Assembly (NCBI GenBank): GCA_030704615.1
Contig: CM060733.1
Location: 50,220,001 to 50,284,000 of the forward strand
Source: Takakia lepidozioides
Lineage: Eukaryota > Plantae > Bryophyta
DNA length: 64,000 nt
Reading direction: 5' to 3'
Positions within the stretch are counted from its first letter, which is position 1; each line of letters starts with the position of its first letter. Below the pieces are notes generated by a model. It did no database searches. It was given only the letters and a program-made list of their open reading frames with translations, and was not told the origin of the DNA. A program made the position numbers and the translations under genes. This document shows, one piece after another, positions 12,401 through 24,467 of this stretch.

Positions 12401-15400
12401 ACTGTGTCTACTGCTATCCAGACAATGTGTTTATGCTGAATTGTCAACTTGCACAGGACCACAGTACCAAATGTCACCAGCAGAGGCAGACCAGAGTGGC
12501 TCCTCAGGGTGAGCCATCAGAAACTGACTTCAGATAGAGCTAAAACTCCATTCACAAAGACTGCTACCCACGTTACACCAGCCACCTGGAAAAACTCGTG
12601 TGGGAGCATATGAGAGATAGAGCTTTGCACCTGGTATTCAAGAGCTTGATGGGAGAGAAATTTTTGGTACTCAATGTCCTTCCTGCGTAGGCTGCATAGC
12701 TCTTGTGCAGATCTGACTTCAGCTTCACGCACCTTCTTCTGAGATTCTTTCACCTGCACTTCCAGGGAATCAATAATTTCTTTGGACTCCATTTCAATCT
12801 CTCTCTTCTGATTCTCCAGTCTCAGGAGATGTTCCTCATCCAGCCGCTTGATGTAATCCAACTCATTCTTCAGAACTTGGACAGCAGACTTTTTCTCCTC
12901 GCTCTCCTTCACCAACCTGTCCATCTCCTCTTGCTTTACCTTCTTCTCATCTTCCACTTGCTTCTTCTCCATCTTCAAATACCCAGAGATGTCCCACAGA
13001 ACCAGAACCATCCACTTCAATACGTGCATAACATTTCAGTGTCATGCTTGAATACTTGATCAGAATACTTGAATACTTTGGTACTAAATTAGTAGGCCAG
13101 GGACCATAGCCACAAGTACAGTATGGAGCTGGCCTGCACAAGATCTGACGTGAGGAGGGGATTTTACTTTCTGTCAGCGCTCAATACTAGGTCAATAGCC
13201 AGAGCGCCTGCCCGGATAAAGGCACCTTAAACCTCTTTGGAAGCCATCCTCCATGCAAATGGTGCAAGGCATACATATTTCATTCCACTTTCTGGCCATG
13301 GATTTTCTTCATGTACTCATGTACAGGAAAGTGAAGGATTGCACAAGTAACTCTGCACCTTTGGAATCATCTATACATATATATTGCTCTCTTGAAGAGA
13401 TAGAGAGAGCCATCAAATCAGAACACTCTCTTGAGCTTTCTGCGGACGTTATAAAGCACCATTTCATTTCTCTTAGTCTCTCAGTCGTTGTTATACTACC
13501 CTGCTCACATGAAAAAAAAATTGCAAATACAAACCACCCCATACAAAGGTGTCACTTTTTCAGTCTTTTAGTCAAATAATCCCGATCAAATTTATCAATG
13601 GAGCAGTCAATAGTCCAATTAGTCCCTGAGGGAAAGGTGTTGGGAGCAATTTTACTTCAAATCTGGGCTGGCTTGCTGATCCACATGAAGGCGGGAAACA
13701 ATCTTTGAGTTTTTCACTGGAACTTCTTGTAAAACTAGGTTCCTCCTTGGAATGTTGGGTCATCATGCCATTTGTCTGAAATCCCAGCCAAGTAAAAACA
13801 CAATGTAGAGACATGCAAAGAGAGCCCACCTTGATTTGCCGAAGCTTAGTAGTAAGCAACTGCCACCCCCACCCCGCACCGTGCCAATCAAACAATAGAA
13901 ACCCATCTCAGTGTACATGCTTGCTCCAATGTCTGGCCACTACGGGTCAATTATGTTCATCAGATCTCACCTATCCTTAAAAGTGAAATGCGTTCCTTTC
14001 GCAAATGGAATGCTCATATTGACAAAGATATGTACAGCAACACCCTGTCCTAGTGGAGGCAGGACTTTTCTACATTCAATCAAAACAGTTTGAAAGTCAA
14101 ACAGACGATGTATATGACCGTCATCAAGAATGAGTGTTCAAGCCATCTATGCGCCATAAAGATGGTGTGAACAAGGGTGCACTCTTCATACAGCAAGGAA
14201 GGCTATCGAGCGTTACAAGCAAACAGCTCCATATGGTCTGAGGCAACCTACGGTGGATTTAAGAGGCAGGCATGAACATTGCGTTTCCTACACCACATAA
14301 AGAAAATAGTCTTGGAAGGCAAAGGACATGTCAGCAGTAACATACCTTAACTTCCTCTCCTGAGCCAACTGCCAATGCCTCTAGCACCATGGACCTTGAG
14401 GAGAGTTTTTCTTCTCGCACTAATATGTCCGTCAAGGCACTTTTCATCTGCAAGTTCAACCCCACAGAAGTGCAGTTGGCACAGTTTACCCGACTATACC
14501 CACAGCAGTAGCATGCATCAGGACTGAACCTCTTCAAGAGATCAACAGAGAGCACTGTCTCGAGTAAATGAACCACTGCATAGTAATGCAAAAACCTATA
14601 CAAACACAAGCATCCCTTGAGTTTTGATTGACATGAAAAGATCACAGGTCGCCCCAAAGAAATACAAACAAAGAGGTCAAAATCACACCAGAACTGAAGA
14701 CAGCTGGAAAATGTAGCTTTATCACATACTTTTGTGACTTGTTTCCTTTGTGTGAGAAGGTGGCGCTCAAACTCCTCCATCACTTTGCGGAGCATGAACT
14801 CCACCAACTGCAACAACAAACTAGGCAACACTGCCTCAGCTTTTATTTTTTCTGATTCTTAAGTTGGAGGAAAAGGGTGTATGCCCCAAATGAGACGTTA
14901 AAACCCACTGATCTTGACCTGAATACGCATAGTGCATACCATAGGCAATACCTGATGACATATCCACAAAGTGAGCAGAATCCCCAAATGTACTTTTTGG
15001 AAGCTAATTAAATGTGAATCAATGATAGTATTCAGGCAGACAACCTTGGCTTCCAAGTCCTAACAAAAACCAGGTTTTGCAGACCATGTAACACAGTACA
15101 TTAAATGTTGACCTCACCATTGGTACTTCTTCTGCCGGCTTATCCCCAAGAATGGCACTAATAAGGCTCAACAGTGACTGGGAAGGAGCATTCTGCAACA
15201 AACATATCAATACAGTTGATGAGATGCCTATAATCAATTCCAAAGGTACTTGTCTTGTAAGGGATTCAGAAAAGCTTACTCCTGCCAAATGATTGGTAGA
15301 AGAAAGCTACACTATTCCAAAAGATACATCAAAACTGGATCAACAGATCAAGACTGGAATTGCCATACCTGCCCAAGAAGATATTTACATTCATTGCCAC

Positions 15401-18400
15401 AAATGACGTCTTCGGAAGCCGAAACCACAACACTGACAGCCAAAGTAGATATCCTGCTAAATTACAGGTCAGACTGAAAGAATGTACATACATCGATTAC
15501 CGTTGTGGATCCATAGGACTCTAAAGCAGTAGGCAGGTATTGCATACGCCTCGCCTTCACTTGCAGAATATCACGAAATTTGTGGCCAATGTGTTGAAGC
15601 CAGGTGGAAGTTGCAGCTGGAAATCAGAGGTGAAACACACTCAGGTCCAAGACTTATCTTCTAGCATGTAGCTGTTCGGTGAAAACGAACAGAGCATTGG
15701 GAGACTCATATACTCATAAATAGTATTGAAAATCTTCTCTATCAAGAAGTACAGTCCACTTCCTTTGACTAACATACATTTGTTTATATCCTTCCCCCAA
15801 CAACTCACAGTGCTCCGAAAGAAACTGTTGAATAACACAAAGAGTCACTAGAAGCCCACCCCAAAAGCCAATCTATGAAGGCATCTGCAATTATGAGACA
15901 GGCAAGGGATAGTAAAGCTAGGGGTTCCTAACCCCTAACGATTATCAAGACTTCTCGATAGCTAACTCAACAAGTAGGCTTATTGAGGCTATTGTGTCAA
16001 CCTTGGCAGATAGAGGTAGGAGCCCACAATAGCTGGGAGCTCAAAAGCATACCCAGCTAAAATATATGGTAAGACATCATATTAACATAAACAGTGGACG
16101 AGGAGAACAACTCCCAACTCAACTACCTGAAGTATTCCCATTTGACATAAGCTCGTCCACATCATAACCTCCATCCAAGCTCCCATTCTGACCAAACCGC
16201 TCACTGTTGGATGGCAAACTCCCCTCGACAGAAGCTCTACTGTCCTTTTCACAGCTCAACATATCATTGGACCAGGCAGGAGATGCCATGCCATCATCGT
16301 CAAGGCCATCCCCATCAGGAAGACCCCACTTTCTTCGAGCCTGGTTGCAATAGCTGGTGAGACTTTTAGATCGTGTTAGATATTTCCCAGGATTTGATGT
16401 ATGTCCAGTGGAACCATTGGGCGATTTGAGCCTCCAAAACCCGAGTCCCCCGCCCTGCTTCCATTCGTGGTAGGATTTAAGTCCCAATATGCAATCCACT
16501 AATTTTCCTGATGAACCTGGAGATAAACCGCCCTAATCACATTGAGCAAGACATACACGAAAGGCCAATTCTCAGTGCCCTGAAAAGAGTAAAACATAAC
16601 CCATTCCCGCCTCTTCAATCCCACCATGTGCTAATTGATAATTCTCCTTGAAGGTGGGGGGAAAGCAGAAAGGGGTAGTCAAAGCATGTGACACAAAGGC
16701 CCAACTATTAGACAACAACCAGAGTGCCTGGAAAACATATAATTGGTTTGCTCAAGCATGGATTGCTGTCCTAGGTAACACATCACTGCAACTCCTAAGA
16801 TCCTCAATTCCTGCCTCCTTGCATCAGGATGGCCAATTGCCTTTCTCAATCCCTACATATACTGAAAGTGATAAGCCAGCCTCATCATTGGTCATTTTCT
16901 ACCTGCTCCAGGTCAGAAACTTCAAACGAAGGCAGCCCCATGTCTTCAATTGCCACCAGAAAATTTCTGACATTCTCAAAATATTGATATGCTGATTGAG
17001 CCCCCTCAAGTTGACTTGAAAGTGCTGGATTCTCAACCACCTGCCCGTAAGGAGAAGCCACATGAAACACTTCAAATAGAGTCCACAGTAGAATTCTCAA
17101 ACTAGCAAAGCCTTCTCCATGTACATGAGAGGGGACTGGTAATGAAAACCTGCCTTGTCTACAAATACCACTTTGGTCCTGCATCAACACAATTATGCCA
17201 AAAAGTTGTGCACAGCCTCATACCCAACCTTTTGGTCTGATATGTTCTTTGTTGATTCTGTCGCATTGTGGAAGTGGTTGGGATGGTGTCCAGTGGCCAG
17301 AAAATTTTCTATATCATTCCCTCCCTTTCTCTCCACCTTCGTGCCACATTTATGATCGGCTTCTTCTTTTTTCATTGCAAATTGCTCTAAGAAACTTCTC
17401 TTTATTTACAGTTCTCTCTCCACTGTGCCAGACGAGCCATGGGCCTCCCAGGGGGATAATAAAATGTCTTCACATTCTCTCTCTCTCGTCCTATGGTCAT
17501 TTGAAATTCTTTCCTTACTTGTGGAACACACACAACCAGACACAACAAATTTGGTAACAATGTGAAGCTAAATGGGGGTAGCAGCAGAGATTGGCACGCA
17601 ACTGGCAGTAGGTGGCTGGTCCATGGCAGAATGAATCAACCTTTGAATTTTAAAGCTACTCCCAAGAAGAAATGCCATATGAACTTTCTACACCCCAGAT
17701 GATTGAAAATGAAGGATTGGAATCTGCACCTTTGGTACTGCTCCAGGTTGAACCTTGTTCACAACATTGCAGAGAACCAGTCCATTCCTTAAGCACAGCC
17801 TAAACTCCTCTTCAGAGGGCTCATTTGGGAGGGATAGGCATCCAACCATCTCTTGCAACCAGGATACTGCTAGAACCCTCCTACTTGCTGAAACCCCCAA
17901 TCATTCCAAGCCATTCTGCAGGTTATAAGAGTTTTTACAAGAATCCCAGGTTTTGTAATGAAAGCATCCAAGGCCCCAATTTCCACCTTATGGTCAATCA
18001 ACCAAGAAAGTCTGTAGCTAGAGTCCTGTACCTAACAGGCAGGGTTATGAAGTGGATGAATAAGCTGAGTCAACAGTAGACAAAATTAATTCAGAGGTTT
18101 AGCCATGTGCTTGTTACAGCTAGCAGGAATGTGGCCTGGTTGAGCATGATGAACGGTAACATCATCTGGGGAACAACAACGGAGCCAACAAAAATATGTA
18201 TCGTGGGATGCCTAACAAAAACAAACCTGCTTCTTCTGCCCTCCTGGAAGCCATGTGTGTGTCACTCAATCTGGCCCCTGCGTCTAAACTGCAATTCTTT
18301 ATTGGAGTTGGGAAATCTGCATCCCTGTCCTTCCTTACTCCATCTTTTGGATGGCTGTAAGACTGGCCTTTGAGCCTCTCATAGTCGAGTGCTGTCCTGT

Positions 18401-18488
18401 CTGGCAAATGAAAGGGGCTGTTCCCCTGATAGCCGGGGGGAAGACCGTTTGCTGAGCCCATAATTGCATTCCCGTACGTTTCGTGCAT
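6456..18488 (-). CDS. Kinesin-14 with N-terminal calponin-homology domain (KCH / KIN14 type), ~22 exons
   Basis: Exons with consistent phases: 18488-18227, 17887-17730, 17040-16903, 16532-16127, 15616-15501, 15192-15118, 14807-14730, 14447-14346, 13859-13830, 12972-12631, 12235-12154, 12012-11917, 11687-11505, 11113-11007, 10706-10528, 9932-9768, 9479-9226, 9054-8891, 8616-8434, 8037-7067, 6964-~6856, ~6667-6456 (last two uncertain). Domains: CH domain ([28 protein letters not shown]; [10 protein letters not shown]), coiled coil, neck [25 protein letters not shown]-loop [10 protein letters not shown], switch [10 protein letters not shown], switch [24 protein letters not shown]. Confidence 0.95.
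9933..10527 (-). other. U12-type (minor spliceosome) AT-AC intron in the kinesin motor domain
   Basis: 5' splice site ATATCCTTT, branch site CCTTGAC, 3' end TGTAC. Removal restores [13 protein letters not shown] in frame. Confidence 0.9.
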
Positions 18489-20159
18489 GGCTTCGCCACA
18501 AGGTTCTTCCGCAGGGTGTTCTGGTTGCTGTTTTCTTAGGACAATGTGGCACTATTTCGAAGTTCCAATTTCTGAATGGAGACTCGATGTTCGAATGGCA
18601 ATCCCAATAAATTTGTCAAGTCTGCTCAAATAGAAAAGCCAAAAAATCCGCGAAAGACATCGGTGTTGATGTATCATACACAAATTTCCACTTCATACAC
18701 ACTCCTTTCATTACATTCGCAGAGCTAACACAATACGTGATCTCTTCCGCTTAGAAGCTCCTCCATCGTGCCACTCTACACGTCCCCAGTCAAAAGCTTT
18801 CGTTCTATTATCCGTGTCATTCGTGTATGAAATGCCTTTAATGCGCAGACTCCAGTTGACGACCTTGCGGTGACGGTCCTTCGACCCTCCGCAACAGGCT
18901 TATTTGAATAAAATGACGCGAGCATCGCCAACGACATTCGCAAGAGCTGCATTGGCATTGAATTAGAAGTCTTCAGGACTCTTCCACTAACCGAAGAAGA
19001 TAGTGAAAAGCAATTGGAGACAGATCATCTCTAACCATGAATTGCGCACAATTAGTGATATAAACCCTACATTTTTAATCACTGTGGACTCTCGAATGCC
19101 GTCTATTTCCTCAGCCATGCTTTCTCACATTTCCTTGGGCGTCCCCCCACCATAGACTTTTTCGAATGCCGAAGGTAGATACTTAGATAGATAGACAACA
19201 ACAAAGCAACGAGTCACACACCGAACAGAGAACGTTCGTTCCTACATCACACTCGTCCAAATTTGCGCTGTACGCAAACCACAATGGTGGAATGATAATG
19301 AAAGGCCAGCCGTGCTACGGTGTCCTCAAAGAAAAAAATTGTTCCAGAAATAGGTTTATTATCCCCAAACAGAGGGGAAGACGGACGGACGGACCATAAG
19401 AAGAGCAAAAGCCAACAAATGGAGCGGAGTTGATGTGAATGCCAATACCTCTCTCTCCTTCACCACTCGACATAGGCACCGCGCTGCAGCACAAACCGCG
19501 CTCGATACACTCCACCACCTCAAGAGACTAGACTATACAGAGCAGATTGAAAAAGAACAGCCGAGATTACAGAGAAGCTTCACAAACGTAACCAAAGTCC
19601 GAGAAATCCTTAAACAGCCACGAAATTGAGCGGCGAATCCTACGAAACGATAATCAATCACAACAACTACCTACAACACACCACAGCACTAGAAATTTGG
19701 TGAGAAACATGCACAGTGCACACCGACAATCTTCCAACAACCAAGCCAAGATCCGATTGAGCAACAGTGAGGAGCATGCGCGCGGATAATGGCATGCCCC
19801 CCTCTCGAAACTCTCCCATGCCCATCGCGGCATGGCATTCGGCCGACTGATCTCGGGGTCACCCATCCGTTGGGCTGGGCCAACCAACCAGAAGGCTGCA
19901 GCCTATCTCACTAGTAAATGCGCGAGCAGACAATCAATACGAATTAATGCGACTAGTTAGCCGCCGTAGTTCTACTAGTAACTCGCCATAACACCGGCTG
20001 TAAAGCCGCCCGAAGTTTAAAACGGTCCGCTGAAACCGCCGCGCAGACAACGAGACGACCGCGCGGCCACAAATTCAAAATTGGCACCATGGCCATGTGC
20101 ATGGCCCGGCATGGCATGAAGAAAGTGCACTTTAACGTTCGGGGAGCCAATAATCAGCA

Positions 20160-20202
20160 TCCACGTAAAGTGCGGGGAGGTGGCCACGTTCGCTGACGTG
20201 GC
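20160..20202. promoter_or_regulatory. Cluster of ACGT-core (G-box/ABRE-like) motifs upstream of the kinesin transcription unit
   Basis: CCACGTAA, GCCACGTT and TGACGTGGC lie within ~45 bp in a GC-rich region 5' of the kinesin leader. Function is inferred only. Confidence 0.3.
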
Positions 20203-22418
20203 AAGCCCACGATATTTGACTGGGCGGCGACTACGGTCCCCCCGGTAACGGTATAATTAGGGTTGGGAGCTTGAGATCCTCCTTGTTCCACTACACTACC
20301 TGCACCAAGGTAATTTTCAGTATTCACTGCTGTTCAGAGTCCGACTTTGTGTGTGTGGTGTCTGCCTGCCCGTTTAGAAGTGCTTGCTATCATACACATG
20401 GCAGTCATGGAAAGGTAATTGAAATGACAAGCCATAGATACTTTGATGTCACACTTCGGGTGACCAGCTTCACTACAGGTCACATACACATTTATCTTGG
20501 ATTCATATACAAAGGATATATGATTTAATCTCGCCCTGCAATGCCTGAAAATATATATCAGCCTTTATCTTTTATCTGGAGGGCAATTTTTTTTTAAGGA
20601 AAGGGAGGGCAATTTAAATCATTAAGTTTCGAATTACCCTTATCCCTACTGAGAGTGAGTCTGGTGACTATGGTTAGTGTGTACTTACTTTACTTTACTT
20701 ACGTTTCCAAAAATAGGTACATAGGTAGTTCATTGTGACAGTATATAAATAGCCACATTTGTTTTTTATGTTTTTTCTGGCTGATAATTTCTGTTAAACT
20801 ATTGTCATAAACTTTAATGAAAAATATCTTGTACATCTCTGGAAAACGGAGAGACTCGTTCTAGAAAAGCCAGTGTAACAAAGAGCCACTTCACCTTGCG
20901 GCTATTGGCCTACGGGGCGATGAGGCTTGGAAGCTCTGGGACAATCATAGTTGGGGCCACTTTAGTACCAAGACTAAGACCAATTCAAAATGCAATGATC
21001 GAGGCCATTTTTTGGTCATATTTTTATACACCAGGGAAGAAGACCAAGAATGACAAGGCGGGTAAGTGACGTTGATTATGGTGGAAGATTGTTGGTCTAG
21101 GTACCGAGACAGGAACCCAAGTGTTTGGAGGACCAACTCTTGGACCCTGGACCAAGTATGGAAACATTAGAATAGAATATATGTGTCTCACATGATCGTT
21201 AGAATCAACCTAGAACGCCAAGCGTCAAGTGGGAAAGTGAAGATAAACCTCATTTTAAGTTTTCTTCGTGCCTTTACAATGTGACACACCAACTTTGGTC
21301 ATTGATACATTAATATTTTAATATGTATCTAAGGGCCAAGATCTGGATCAATTTGAAGCATATTGGGTCGTTCGTGTATCTTTCATCGGTGTCTAAAGTG
21401 GCCTTTATTTGGAAATTGATTTCCAATGATATATCATCCAACAAAACATTGTCCACTGTACTAAAGTAGCCATTAATTTGGATGTAGTTTCCCAATGGGA
21501 AAAAAATGTTGGGCTACCTGGGAGGCAAAAGGACTCTCTCATATTGCCAATGTCTGGGAAGATGGTCAGTTTCCGGCCTCTTGTCCTCTATTATTTCGGC
21601 CAGATCCATTGTTTGTGCTTGGGATCATATTAAAAGAGGGGTACATTACGTTCAGCCCGAGGTCCATGCACAACCAGCGAACTACCAGTACGGTTTGGAT
21701 GCTCTCAAGGAAACCGCAGGCTTGCCCTCTTGGCCACCTCCACCTCTGTTAATCATTAGGAAGGACTTCTCTTCTAGGCTGGGAAGGGTAGGCATTTGAC
21801 CCTTCTAGGCACAGGAGAAATGCATCATGATCTAGCTTACCGGATACGGGTTTTTGAAACGTCATCTGGTTCAACAGAACCCAGCCCGCCCTTTGATGCG
21901 CAGATTTGCTGGGCTTAGAAACTATCTTTTGTTTGGATCCTTTCTTTTCCCCTAAGTAGGCTGCAGTTCGACCCTGGAGAGTGGTCATGGATGGATGGCA
22001 AGAAAACACCATTGTTTGGGTTCAAAGTCAAGACAGGATACAAAATGCTTCTCAGGCAGAACAATTTTACTGCCAAGTGGAATCTTGACCTACAAATCCC
22101 TGGCTGGAACTCTATCTGGAAGGATATCTGGGCCAAGCACCATTCGGCCAAGATCAGTGTTTTTTTTGTGGAAATTGGCAAACAGGATTCTCCCAATGGC
22201 AACCTGCTTCCCTGAGCAGGATACTACTTGTCATGCCTGTAACAGAAATTTGGAAGAATCAGTAGAGTATGTTTTTATAGAATGCAATTCTGTTGTTAGA
22301 ACCTAGCAGCTGGTGATAAGGTTCTACCTAAACTGGAAAGTAGTGTCACCTACTGATGCTCCCTTACTGATGCTTAATCTACGCAATGGCTCGATCTGCA
22401 ACTCCTGCCCAATTTGGG

Positions 22419-22828
22419 GGGGGGGATGCTAGAGTGTGAGCCTAGCCACGCGAGCACAGGAGCTTGTGAGCCCAAGAGCCTGACGTGAGCCCAGTCCACG
22501 TGGCACGAGAATGGGGGAAGATGCAGGGTGTATTTCCGCTGATGAGCACTCATTACCGTGGAAACATGACAAACATGGCAAATTGGCAAACACGGCAAAC
22601 CCTAACCCCTAACCCTTAGCGAACTGCCATGTTCGTGAAGGGAAACAGGTTGGGAATTAAGGTGATGTCATTACCGCGGAAACACGGCAAACCGGGGAAA
22701 CGCTGCAAATCGTAACTCCAAACCCTAACCCTAACCCTAGCGAACTACCATGTTCGTGGAGGGAAACAGGGTTGGGAATTAAGGGGCATCAGGCACATGA
22801 GAATTCAAAAATACATTGAAAAAAAATA

Positions 22829-22870
<42 letters not shown>

Positions 22871-24467
22871 CCCCTCCTTGCATTTGGATAGATGTCGTCG
22901 ATGATCATCGTGAAATCATGATCATGAAGCAATTGAGTGACGCACTTAGTTCTTCGCAGGGGAAGGGAATATATATTGTGTTTTTTTTTCTGTCCCTCCC
23001 CCCCCCCCCCCCCCCCCCCCGCGCAGAACTGAGTGCATCAACACACTCAATTTCTTCATGATCATGATTTCAGGATGATCATCGTTGACATCGACGACAG
23101 TATTGTGCGGGTCCGGATTTTCACCCCGAGTACCCGGCGGGTTGGAGAAAAAAAAAATATATATATATTGTTTTTTTTTGGTTCCCACCCCCCGCAGAGA
23201 ACTGAGTGCGTCAACACACTCAATTACTTCATGATCATGTTTTCAGGATGACCATCGACGACAGTGTTGTGCGGGTCCGGATTTTCACCTTGGGTACCCG
23301 ATGGGTTAGGGTCAGCGTTTTTTTTTATTGGCGATTTTTCGCCATTTGGCCGCCTACAAATCCCCTTGGCGAATGAAACAAAGGGAAAAAAATGTCCAAA
23401 TAAGGCAGTTTTCGCCAAAAATTGGGGGTCTCAAAAAAATCCTCGCCTGTGGACACGCACGGGGCCAACACAAATGTAGCCATGGCGGGCCCCATACAGG
23501 ATGATCTGACGGGCCAGATGAGGAGTGGGTTGAGGATTGTGGGGCCTCCTCCGTTTCCCATCCCAAGGAGATGCTCGTCGCCGGTTTCCATTTGATTCGC
23601 GAAATATGGCAAGGGTGGAAATACATGTAGCCTACCAATTCGAGGAAAATACCTAGAGTGGGCCACTTGCACTAGCCTACACCCAATATATATAGCCACT
23701 CCTACTCATTTTCAAAATCCCTTAAAAAAAACCATGGTCAGGGTCCGGGTTACCTATCCGGATCCGGACCCGTGCCATCACCAAAAACTCGGACCCTGAT
23801 CCGGGTTCATTTTTAAAATGAACCCGGAACCGGACCCGGACCCGCCATCTAGGTCCAAAACCCGTTAAAGCCGTACTCGCGGGCCAGAGTTGGTATAGCC
23901 ATTTTCCCTAGTTCACTAGTTGACTTTCTAGAGAGTTTGACTTCTAGAGAGTTCTACTTTCTAGATAGTTCTACTATTGTCGGTGGGTTGAAAAGCAACT
24001 CACTAGTGGGTGTGGCTGCTGAGTATACTTATAAGAACAGTGACTAGAGAGGGTTGGGGCTTGGTGAGAGTGGGGCCAGGTGGGATTGCGGCTTGGGACT
24101 CGTCTTCAAGGTGGAGCGCTTGGGGCTGGTGAAGGGTGGGACCAGCTGCGTGAAGTGCTTGGGGGTGGGAGTGTTTGGGGTTGACGAAGTAGGGCTGGGG
24201 GAATTGGGTCAATTGTTGTGCTTCTAAAGGGGACTCAATATTGCCGTGTTTGTCGTATATTACCGTGTTTGCCGTGTTTGGAAGTTTTGTCGTGTTCACA
24301 TCTTCTTCTAAAATATACGTTTCCACGGTAATAGGACCCCCTCTAAACCCTGTCCTCGGTTATAGGACTTGCTTCTCCCTCTTCTAAACCCTGGGCTCAC
24401 GGTTAGAGGGCAAAGCGTAAGCCGAGCTCATGGGCTCACGCGGCTAGACTCACGCCGTAGCTACGCT
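22419..24467. mobile_element. Mutator-like non-autonomous TIR element (~2.05 kb) inserted in the LINE
   Basis: Flanked by direct repeat CCCAATTTGGG (22408-22418 and 24468-24478; 9-11 bp TSD). Imperfect ~40-bp TIRs: GGG..GCTAGAGTGTGAGCCTAGCCACGCGAGC vs reverse complement GGGAGCGTAGCTACGGCGTGAGTCTAGCCGCGTGAGC. No coding capacity seen. Confidence 0.75.
23313..23736. mobile_element. hAT MITE of the CAGYGTTTTT family nested in the Mutator-like element
   Basis: Left end CAGCGTTTTTTTT..GGCGATTTTTCGCC; right end AAAAAAAACCATG (degenerate). 8-bp TSD GTTAGGGT/GTCAGGGT (7/8 match). Confidence 0.6.
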
